From assembly GCA_977020255.1 (NCBI GenBank), contig CDROCS010001100.1, positions 124,001-188,000 of the forward strand: a DNA stretch of 64,000 nt, in the 5' to 3' direction. The DNA is from Obrimoposthia wandeli. Its lineage: Eukaryota. Shown here one piece after another: positions 13,301-25,300 of this stretch. The notes beneath the pieces are model-generated. The model had not been told where the DNA came from. It searched no databases and was given only the letters and a program-made list of their open reading frames with translations. Positions within the stretch are counted from its first letter, which is position 1; each line of letters begins with the position of its first letter. The position numbers were made by a program, and so were the translations under genes.

Positions 13301-16300
13301 GGGGGAGGGCATGCGGTGCATTTCACAGTCTGTGGGGATGGGGGAGGGCATGCGGTGCATTTCACAGTCTGTGGGGATGGGGGGAGAGAATGCGGTGTTT
13401 ATAATACTTTATTAAAAAACATTTAGACTTTACATTTTTGCATACTTTAGTCTTGTATAGTGGCGCTGGCACGGTTTATCCTGTAAACCCGGGACCTATA
13501 CTGTATCACCAAGACACGCGGGAAATTTCAGAAGAAATATTTTAAATTCCCTGTTTTTTCTGTAGATAATCTAAGAATATTTTATTATAAACTTTTGTAA
13601 TTTTTAATATTCAATTTTGCCAATGAAAATTTTCTTATTTCTTCATAGTTTTTAAATTAAAATTATCGATGTCAAAACTGTCAAAAATAAAAGATAATTT
13701 AAATAAAACTAATTAAAATAAAACACAATTTTAACTGTACTGAAAGAAGTTATTGAAAGTAAAAGAATCTATTTTAACAATATTCATATATCGATTTTTC
13801 ATATTTAATTCAACTATATCTGATGAGATTTATCTGATCATGTAACTAAAATTCGATTACTTTTCGTTAATCTAAAAAATAGTTTGCAAATATGTAAGGA
13901 TAATTTGTTTTGTAAATATATAAATATTAATTATTTATAAGCATAAGTAAGCACATCTTTAATAATTATAATTGAGATATGAATAACCTTTACCAGAATA
14001 AAAAAAGGTCTGTCATTTGTTATTGTTGGCGTCATTGACTACGGACGTAGAAATTCAGAAATATTCATTCAATCTAATACACACTAATCTAATATATTAC
14101 TAAGAAATAATTGCTCTATCATGTTTTTAAACTTCTGAAAACAGTAGGAAATTCCAAAAGGGAAATAAAAATTTTAAAAGTTAAATAATCACAACTAAGT
14201 TATTGTCATTTAAAAATGAACTTGTTCAACTACTTACAGTTGTTAGTAACACATAAGTTGTGATATCTTTCTAAAGTTTTCTAACGACAAAATTATTTTG
14301 CAGACAATGTAAAGGAGCTTTCAGCACGCGTACGATTAACGGATCCCGTAGAGTGGTCTGTGAAACTAGCTGCGTTATACCACAGACCTGCGTAACTACA
14401 GCAGTACCAGAACAACTTTTACAGGTATATACTTTGATAAATCATCCAACCTTTTCTTCAAATACCAAAATCAAAAACACTGCTAGAAAATTCAAATTGA
14501 ATAGTAACTAATCTTTAATGTTTAATATTAAATTAAATCGCTTACAGAAAAATATATAACAAAGCCACCAGAATTATATTTAAATTAAATAAAAGTTCTG
14601 ATATCGAGTGAACATTTAGTGAAGTTCCATTAGTTGCTGATCAAAGTTAGAATTGAATTCAAGATCCTACGTACAATCAGAAAATTTTATTCTTGATTTT
14701 TGCTTTGTCCATATCCTCACGCTCACATTTGTATACATATTCAGTTTCCTTCTTTTTCTGTGATTCAGCTCACATATTGTGTGTCCATGCGACCTCCAAA
14801 TACGATACTTTCTCCGACTAATGTGAAAAAGGTTTATGCAATTTAAAATATGTGCAATAAATTTGTAAATAATTTTTCTTTTAATATAACTTGAAAGTCT
14901 TAAAAACTGTTAAAAGATCTCTTTTAGTGTTAAAACATGATAAGATCTGCAACAAACCTATAATGGTCGATAATTGGGACCTGCTTGTAGCTAGGAAAGA
15001 TTATTTGAAAGTTTTAAAATTTAAAAACAACAACAGTAGCATATTTAATATTGTGCTAATATCTAATAAATCGCTGATTTACTGAATAGTGAAGTCTTCA
15101 GCCGATTCTTGAATTTTTCAACATTGTACAGTTTGTTATATTCATTGGAACATTATTAACTGAAGTCATCATCGTTGCTCCTAAGATGCATATACATGCT
15201 CTATGCACCAGGCTCAAGTAGATCATAGAAATAATTTAACTTTTATGGGAAAATACATTTTCTAATGATGAGTAAATCTTGAATTCAATTCTGGTAATGA
15301 TCGCCACCCAATGGAACTTCTTTAATTTGAATATAATTCTGACAGTTTTTTTGCAAGTGATTCAATTGATATTAAACAGCAAAGAGCATTGAAAATCAAA
15401 TCTTATCAGTAGTTACCTCAATAGTTAGGTGTTTTCATATTATATAAATATTTTTGATATGGTAAAAATATTTTCCCCGACGAGTATAAAACTCTTTTTT
15501 CATCTTTAATAGGAGTTAGAGACTCATTTTTTTATTCAGTTATTATTGTCTTTATTTGATCCATATACCTATTTCATTAAAACGATTTTCTTTTCCAGAA
15601 AATGTGATTTCATGGTCGATAGAATCAAAATCAACATAAAGTTGTGTGTCATCAGTATAAAGGGGAAAATGAATATTGTATTTCTTAATTATCGATACGA
15701 TTGATGAATTGTAAATCGATAAATGGATTGAACCCTGAGGATCACCGCATTTTAAGTTTTCACGACCTGAAACAGTGTCACCAACTATAACATGCTGTTT
15801 GTGCAAAAGCAAATTACTTATTTATGTAGATTTTATGCACAAGTTATGTATTGATAAAATAATTGATTTGTATTGTGTTCTGTGGTTATGAATAACATTA
15901 AGGTTAAATTACAAAGTTACATACAACATGTATAAAAGATGAAAGAGTTGTATCATAAATTATTTATATATTTTTTCAAATGACACTTCTCAATTTATAT
16001 CACCGATGTACGTGAGGTATTAGCAAAATATCCAACACTCAGAAACCAAATCTGCTTTTGTTTTAATGTACGAAAAATACGTTTCCATGACAACATAGAA
16101 AATTAAGATTTTTTTGAAATGTAATCTTAATGATTAGCAACCCACGAAAATAGCTACAATAATCGACCGTTCCCTCGCTGTATGGCACCTCATGATTGGC
16201 TGGCTGATGCTTCAATGCAGCAATGCTTCATCTCAGCGGGAGGCAACAGCTACACTGCTAGCGGCCCTGTGCCCACAGGAGCAGCCAACACAGACCTGGC

Positions 16301-19300
16301 AGTAATGGTGACTCACAAGTCCGATCGGTGCGGCGAGAGCACTCTGGCATACGCCAGTGCCTGCGATCTGGACTCCAGCACAGACCGACCGGTGTTGGGC
16401 ATCATCAACCTCTGTCCAGGCCGCATCAAACTCGGTAGTGGAATCAGCATTGCCTTCTCGGTGCTGCGCCACGAAATTGCTCACATCCTGGTGAGTCGAG
16501 CTGGCTCTGGATGATTATTTTTTAGAGAAGTTCATTATAATATTCTATAAGCATTTTTAGTGCTGATTTTTAAAAAAATAATTAAAAAAATAAATTCAGT
16601 TTGTTATTAGTTTATTGCGTTTTTATAAATTTATGTGGTATGTAGAACAATTTTATAATTTTTATGTCAGAAAAGTGATTCAAAATCGATCTGAACCAAA
16701 CGGATTATTTTTATATCAATATAACTTAGGTCTCAGGGCAGCAGAAGCCTCATAGATATAATATTTGGTAAAGGTACTGCTAATGATAGAGCCACTTAAA
16801 GGTGGTTTGAAAAGTTTGAAAAAGTATCACTGTTTGATGGTCAATGGTATTATACACTACACATTTTGAATCCAGGTGAAACAATCAGTCCAGACTCATA
16901 TTGCAACTAAATTGATATATGCCATCAATGATTAATAAAACAACCAAGTTTAGCTAATCGAAAAGGATCCATTTTGCTCGCTATAATGCCAGTATTTATC
17001 GTTATTTCTGGATTGATAAAAATTTGATAATATGGATAGTGTAAAGTCACAGATATGCAACTTCTTCAAGTTTAGAAATCAAAGATTTTTTCAAACAATT
17101 TTTTGCAGAGAAAAGCGTTAATTTTAGATTAATGCATATTTAATGTCAGTTCTAATAAATAAAAATACAAGACAAATACACACTTATCAATGTTTTGTTA
17201 GAGTCAATTTTCTTGGATTTCTCTCATTGTGCAATCGATCTTCCAATCTGATCTCTTTGCCACTAGAATCTGCGGGTAGTGTCAATTGACTCAACTTTGA
17301 TTTTTCCGATTAGTTTGTAAATAAATTATGCCGTCTAAGGAAGTCATCATATGTTTATTCAGAAACACAAATGCAAATTATTCAAAGTCATCAAAGATCG
17401 AAAGGTTACCCCAAACAAACAAGCTACACGTTTCGTACACGAATGGTTCTGTTTAGATGACAATTGCTTTTAAGTGCACAATTAACGTGGTGCGTCAATT
17501 TTTATGTTTACGGTTTATTTATATTGCAGTACCCAATAAATTTATTCTTTGTTCATATGACGTTAAGTTCTTCACGTCATTTCTAGCATAAATGTAAACG
17601 TTTCAAAAGTCTCTTTTATTGTAGATTGATGGTCATTAAACGAAAGCTGGACTGTAGTGAAGTGTCATTGTGTTCTTTCTGCAACAAGATAAATTAAAAA
17701 TTCGCCAAAAAAGATTTTGTATGGAACTTGACAAGTTTTCACTGTAATGATTAGAGCGGATTTTTTAATGATATATCATCAGAAGTCATATTTTTGTAAT
17801 TACATAAAAAGTTGATTTTTTTTTCAACAATATTTTATCATGTACAATAAAAGGATTATAATTTATAATAAATGAAATGATCATTTTTAATTAAAGGTTT
17901 ATAATTTCTTTAAATTTTATTTTTGTTAGAAGTGTAAAGTGTCGGTTCTAAAACAATAGCACACAAAGCCCCCCCCCCCCGAACAAGGCACAAGGAACAA
18001 AGCACATCTGAAATTTGATTAGTCATACAGATGTGCTTTGTTCCTTGTGCCTTGTTCGGGGGGGGGGGGGCTTTGTGTGCTATTGTTTTAGAACCGACAC
18101 TTTACGTCTCGAAATTTGTTTGGTCTTATGCGTCACCTTACGATTATGTAGGTTAATATTTTGTAACATTTGTATATAGTTTAAAAATTTCAAATTTCAA
18201 AAACTTAAAATTAAAAAATTAAAAAATTAAAAACTTAAAATTAAAAAATTAAAAAATTAAAAACTTAAAATTAAAAAATTTAAAAATTTTAAAAATAACA
18301 TTTTGAAATTAAAAAATTTTAATTTTGAAATTAAACATAATTGACCGTCCCAAATTTTTATTTGCAACTATTTAATTTACTTAGTACTGCGACCTCATTC
18401 CAGGAGTTAGACTGCCCCGCATAACCGGACAGCTATCGCAGTTTTTATCTTAAGAAACGTTATTGTTTATAGTAGGAGTTTAGTAAAAAAGCTTTGTGTG
18501 CTATTGTTTTAGAACCGACACTTTACGTCTCGAAATTTGTTTGGTCTTATGCGTCACCTTACGATTATGTAGGTTAATATTTTGTAACATTTGTATATAG
18601 TTTAAAAATTTCAAATTTCAAANNNNNNNNNNNNNNNNNNNNNNNNNNNNNNNNNNNNNNNNNNNNNNNNNNNNNNNNNNNNNNNNNNNNNNNNNNNNNN
18701 NNNNNNNNNNNNNNNNNNNNNNNNNNNNNNNNNNNNNNNNNNNNNNNNNNNNNNNNNNNNNNNNNNNNNNNNNNNNNNNNNNNNNNNNNNNNNNNNNNNN
18801 NNNNNNNNNNNNNNNNNNNNNNNNNNNNNNNNNNNNNNNNNNNNNNNNNNNNNNNNNNNNNNNNNNNNNNNNNNNNNNNAAAAATTTTAATTTTGAAATT
18901 AAACATAATTGACCGTCCCAAATTTTTATTTGCAACTATTTAATTTACTTAGTACTGCGACCTCATTCCAGGAGTTAGACTGCCCCGCATAACCGGACAG
19001 CTATCGCAGTTTTTATCTTAAGAAACGTTATTGTTTATAGTAGGAGTTTAGTAAAAAAAAGTCTATGTTTATACATAATTATATTCATTGTCACAATCCA
19101 TGCTTTCTTCTTCTTCTTCTATTTTAATGATTGTTGCAACTTTAGGTTTAAAGTCTCCATTAAACAGGTGATACATATAAAGTTCTTCAATCCTTGAGAC
19201 AAAAAGTTCTGGTGCAACAAATAAGCTAAAGTACTTTTCAGTATACTGGGCCATCAAGGTAGGGCTCAGGTTATCATAGAGAGCTTGCAATTTTTCTTTA

Positions 19301-22300
19301 GAAGTAGTCATTTGAAATAATGAGAAATTGGTTGATTGTAATGTGTTTATATTTATAGAGAATTTGTTAAAATTATCCAATGAAATTATCCAATGAAATT
19401 ATCCAATGAGTAGCTAGTAGGAAGTCAAGACATGGTTATGATACATACAATGTATTAAAAATAAACATCAATAAAAATATATACATACTATAGCATTAAA
19501 AATATATACATACTATTGCATTAAAAAGATACATACTATCACATTAAAAAATAAGAGGATATTAGTTAATACTTTCAAGAGGTTACCCCAGATTTTAGAC
19601 TATAGTGTCCATATGCGACGGATTTGTTTTTCTCAAGCCAAACCCTTTTATCGTCATAACACCTTAGAAGTGTTGTTTAAAACAATAGCACACAAACAAG
19701 AACAAAGCACATCTGAAATTTGATTAGTCATACAGATGTGCTTTGTTCCTTGTGCCTTGTTCGGGGGGGGGGGGGGGGGCTTTGTGTGCTATTGTTTTAG
19801 AACCGACACTTTACGTCTCGAAATTTGTTTGGACTTATGCGTCACTTACGATTATGTAGGTTAATATTTTGTAACATTTGTATATAGTTTAAAAANNNNN
19901 NNNNNNNNNNNNNNNNNNNNNNNNNNNNNNNNNNNNNNNNNNNNNNNNNNNNNNNNNNNNNNNNNNNNNNNNNNNNNNNNNNNNNNNNNNNNNNNNNNNN
20001 NNNNNNNNNNNNNNNNNNNNNNNNNNNNNNNNNNNNNNNNNNNNNNNNNNNNNNNNNNNNNNNNNNNNNNNNNNNNNNNNNNNNNNNNNNNNNNNNNNNN
20101 NNNNNNNNNNNNNNNNNNNNNNNNNNNNNNNNNNNNNNNNNNNNNNNNNNNNNNNNNNNNNNAACATAATTGACCGTCCCAAATTTTTATTTGCAACTAT
20201 TTAATTTACTTAGTACTGCGACCTCATTCCAGGAGTTAGACTGCCCCGCATAACCGGACAGCTATCGCAGTTTTTATCTTAAGAAACGTTATTGTTTATA
20301 GTAGGAGTTTAGTAAAAAAAAAAGTCTATGTTTATACATAATTATATTCATTGTCACAATCCATGCTTTCTTCTTCTTCTTCTATTTTAATGATTGTTGC
20401 AACTTTAGGTTTAAAGTCTCCATTAAACAGGTGATACATATAAAGTTCTTCAATCCTTGAGACAAAAAGTTCTGGTGCAACAAATAAGCTAAAGTACTTT
20501 TTCAGTATACTGGGCCATCAAGGTAGGGCTCAGGTTATCATAGAGAGCTTGTAATTTTTCTTTAGAAGTAGTCATTTGAAATAATGAGAAATTGGTTGAT
20601 TGTAATGTGTTTATATTTATAGAGAATTTGTTAAAATTATCCAATGAAATTATCCAATGAAATTATCCAATGAGTAGCTAGTAGGAAGTCAAGACATGGT
20701 TATGATACATACAATGTATTAAAAATAAACATCAATAAAAATATATACATACTATAGCATTAAAAATATATACATACTATTGCATTAAAAAGATACATAC
20801 TATCACATTAAAAAATAAGAGGATATTAGTTAATACTTTCAAGAGGTTACCCCAGATTTTAGACTATAGTGTCCATATGCGACGGATTTGTTTTTCTCAA
20901 GCCAAACCCTTTTATCGTCATAACACCTTAACGCAATTTTATCATTATACATTGTAAATAATTGATGATTGCGAGATAAAATACGTGTCTGACCGGCAGT
21001 TATAATTTCATCATCAACATAACACTTTATGTAATGCTCATGTCTGATTTCGGTTTGTTTAAGGGAGATACCCTTAGCCCTCATACTCGTTTTCAATGAG
21101 TAGCATTTAGGTTTCAGAAATACCCATTCATCATAAAGCACTGTCCCCTTGCTTTCATCTTTAAACTTTCCAATCACATTTCGATGAGAATCGTTAAATA
21201 ACTCATGTGTGATCGGGTAATTACTCGTATCTAACATCTGATCTTTAATCATTTGTTTTAAGAGGACATCTTTATCTATATGCTTACACTCTAAGAAAAC
21301 GAGTCTGTATCCATTGCAACTATGTTGATATCACAATGATATTGCTTACGATACCGGTCAAGATCACTATACTGTAGTTGGTACATACGTAGTTTAGATA
21401 AGTCCAACACAGCTTGACCAATATATGATGGGCGATCCAGACAAATTTCTTTCTTTTGCATAAATAAAAGATTGAGATTGTCGGTTATTTGGGTATGCTT
21501 CTTAAACCAGGGGCTTGAAACAAGTTTAGTAAACTGACGATCATTCTTGGTAAGACGGATATCTTTACGCTTTTTAAGATTTTCCACTGTCTTACCATAT
21601 ATTGAATTATTTTTGAGTTTATAAAACTCTTTATCAAATGTAGTAGTACCCTCTGCCCGTTTCTGGCTATTGATATCAATATATGTTTTAAATATAGGAG
21701 CTTGATGAAACTTTATTGCTCTATGCACTTGTTTAATTTCTGCACCCAGAAACAAGTAAAATTGTAGTAGTTGTGAGTGTATGATGTAATTATTTTTATC
21801 CTCATGGGTCATCAACAGCTTTGAAGCTTTTTGAGCCGGGAGGGATTTCTCTATTAGGCGCAATCGGTAAGTCATCAAGTTTATCATGAATACTGATGGG
21901 TATGCCTAAATCAATTTCCAACAAGTATCCATGTTCTTTAAGACTCAAGTCCTGCATATTACCGTGAATATCCCTCTCAGTTATAAGCTCAATTATCGCT
22001 TCAAAACCGTCATATACCCATGTAAAATCTGTATGTGGTAACGGTTGACTCAAGGCCCAACCATATAAGTTATTTATGTCAATATATAGAAGGAATGTTT
22101 CATCTGTTGTTTTAACGTAATGTTTATTGATGAAAGTCATCCCTCCCCGTATCCCTGCCTCAAACATGTTATACATTTCGGGATCATGCAATAAATCCAC
22201 ATCATACTCTAATGTTTTTAATGCGCTAGCCCAACTGAGACCAGGGATACTAAAGAAATTGAGCGCCTCTAGATTATCATCATCCCTTACTTTCTGTCTA

Positions 22301-25300
22301 AAGGCCTCAAAAACATCACATAAGAGATACACGTCAAGTTTCATATACTCAAGCATGTAGTCTTTAATAGTATTACACCCTAATACGGTCCACATCATTA
22401 GGGCTTCATTATATTGTTGATCAGTGACTCGAGAAGGAAACTCAGATTTAGCGGGTAACTGCGTCTCCATAAGCCTATCAACACCACTAATATATTCATA
22501 TGGAAATACCGCCTTACTTGTTGCAATATTAGGGTTTAGGTATTGTGTAGTATAAGGGCAACTTGGCAAGTATGAAACTAAGGATTCAAGACTTGACGTT
22601 GTAAAAAGGTATGAATCAATGAATTTCAATGTCCCCTCTTCATCTCTATACGGAGGGACATGAACTTTTCACTTGATTTAGGGATAATTGAAAAGGATTT
22701 ACCTTTCAAGTCGGCATATTTTAAAATATGATGTATGTCATAACCCATAAGGTTATGAAACACCACAGGTAAAACCGGTCTCTTTGCAAACTTGCGACTT
22801 AAATTGCATTTGTTGCATGCCGCACCCAAGTATTTACCCGTGATATGATCATGATCTCTAACCATACGATCGTTTAATTTTTTTACAAAGATAGCAATTA
22901 GTGCAATCTCTAAAGTTCAACATGTCATTATTAGTAAAAACCATAGGAACATTAATACTATTTACCCAAAATCTGCCACTTCACCATTTATCAACTCAGT
23001 TAATTTATCTACAAAGTTTTTAGCACACTGCAGACCGTAATAACTGAAATATTGTATTGAATTATTAGTGTTGTTTTTCAAAATCATCCCTATAGATATT
23101 GGTTTATGAATATGTTTGAAAGTATTATGTGGCTCGAGTATTGACTCAAAGTCGGCATATACAACAAATGGTGGCGCAATAGATTTAGACCAGTCGGAAA
23201 ATTGACACTTGATCTCTTTGGGCATTGTAAACAAGGTTGTTAAATCTGTATTAATATTACAATGTGCCCTGTGTTTGTCATATGAAATCGTGGTTCGAAA
23301 TCCAAAAAGACATTTCTCACACCAAAAGAGACGCACATTATATTTTTGAGTATTTAAAAGTCTATTCAGGTTTGTTATCCCTGTATAGTGATAATTACCG
23401 CTCTGTTCCAACAGCAACAAGTTTACTACTTTTTCGCACTGTTTAAGACTCGTTCTATAAATAACATTAACATCTGGGTTTTTAAACACTAGATGACTAC
23501 TATGAGGCTCTACCTTTGTAGGTTTATAGGAGAATACTGTTATCGCTATATTATTGAGTTTTTCAAACGCCTTGATGCCGTCTATCCTCATAGGACCAGG
23601 CTCACATATAAGTTCATTTAAATAATCATTATAGTTTTCAACTCTTTGTCTGTTTCGATTGAAATCTTTATAGTGTAGGATACTGAGAACAGCGTATTTA
23701 AAACACTGATCATCAGTATTATTTACGTTCACTATAGATAGTGTTTTAGCAAGCGCAACCGGGGTTTTTATAAATGATGATCCTGCTACGTTTGAAAGTG
23801 CAGTAAATTTAAAGGATACCAACAGAATTTTAAATACTGACCATCCTGAACTCATATCCTTATAAATTTCAATTTTATTGTTGAGCTCAACTGTTCTTGT
23901 AGTGATAAAATCTTGTTCAAAAATATTTGCTTTACAGCTTACATGCCATGTTTTATGTTGACCCTCGTTATTGACAAATTCGGTTTCAACACCAAACTGT
24001 ATTTTACAGGGACCAAACACATCTATACTGTTAGTAAGTTCAGTTAGCATAGTATCGTTAATGTATAGTTTAAGCATGTTTAATCCACTAACATCAAAAA
24101 CAAGGTTTGATTGAATTGCACCTCCTATTTGATTGTTAAAAGTTAATGTATTATCTGAATTAATTGTAACAATATTATCAAAGTCATCATCCGTAATAGT
24201 TAGGAGTGAGTCGAAAAAATCATTTTCTGTTATAAACTCGTCCTGATCTATAAGTTCATCAATATTATTATTATTTAAGATTTCATTAGGGCTTAAAGGC
24301 TCAATAATTTCTACAACTTCAGGATAAGTATCAATTTCTACAACACTATCCGGTTCCCACGAGTCTACCACATCAAACTCTTTCATTAAAATTATTAGTT
24401 TTTGCTATTTTATTGTTGTCTATTGTTGGTACTCTCATTACTTTACGTTTGTATGCTGACTTTTTAGACTTAAAATACGTCAGATGATCCTTATGATTGT
24501 TATAAAATGTTTGATAGTCAATACAATATAACACATCACAATGTGGACAAATAAAACCGCTTTTAAATTTATAATATTTAAGCATTACACTATGACATTC
24601 TATTCCATGATTAACGTTTGTGCAATACTTGTACAATGTACATAAGTTACTTCCTCCACGAAGTTTAGGGTATACATGGATAATAGCCCCCTCATGTAAA
24701 AACATCACCGATAATAGCTTCCCTTTCAAAGGGCATGCCATTACGGTTAAAATAAATTTGATCAGTCTCAAAGACTTTATATAATTTATTTGCCAGATCT
24801 GTAATTTTCAGACCTGGACTAATATTAATGGGTTTGCAAGACCCTAATAAATTTGCAAATATTGTTATGTCTGCTGGTAGTTTTCTCAATCTACGCAGCT
24901 TCTGACGAAATCTTTTACCTTTCCTACCTTCTGTTTTAAGTTTACTTAAATCAATATTTTGATTTTTAGCTTTCTTTAACTGGTTAAAATATTTTTTAAA
25001 CGGGATATTTTCAAAACCCGAGTATATTTCATTTACGTCGAAATTTTCTACTGAATTAACAGGTGACCCAACAGGTGTTCCTGGTTTAAAAAGTAAGGGG
25101 TAACCTCTTGATTTAATTAACTTATTCTGCGACCCCATTCCAGGAGTTAGACTGCCCGCGTTACCGGGCAGCTATCGCAGTCGGGAGAATAAGATTTTAT
25201 ATCCCTTATGTCCCCAAAAGTTTATGTAAATGATCGTCGTATGGAGACAAAACATGAGAATGAGAATGAGAATAAGATGAAGAAGAAGAAGAAGGAAGTT

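Larger units (their letters stand above)
18491..20930. repeat. Reiterated left end: extra partial TIR copies (18491-19040, 19665-20320) and duplicated ~620-bp inner segment (19041-19664 vs 20324-20930), with N gaps at 18623-18879 and 19896-20162
   Basis: Near-identical copies differing by a SNP and homopolymer lengths; probably partly an assembly artefact. Confidence 0.85.

Noticed and set aside
10986-13396. CACAGT in each unit as an RSS heptamer linked to the Transib relic
   Set aside because: The seventh base is C, there is no nonamer or 12/23 spacing, and there is no positional link.
10966-13426. Many long overlapping ORFs, and a CRISPR-like appearance
   Set aside because: The 39-bp period is a multiple of 3 and creates ORFs on both strands; units are contiguous with no unique spacers and no cas genes.
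13451-13540. VYPVNPGPIL peptide as a protease exon
   Set aside because: No suitable donor, and exon 10280-10365 already supplies the equivalent segment in the right phase.
18574-20196. ORFs spanning N runs (also 32973-33350)
   Set aside because: Artefacts of gap characters inside the TIRs.
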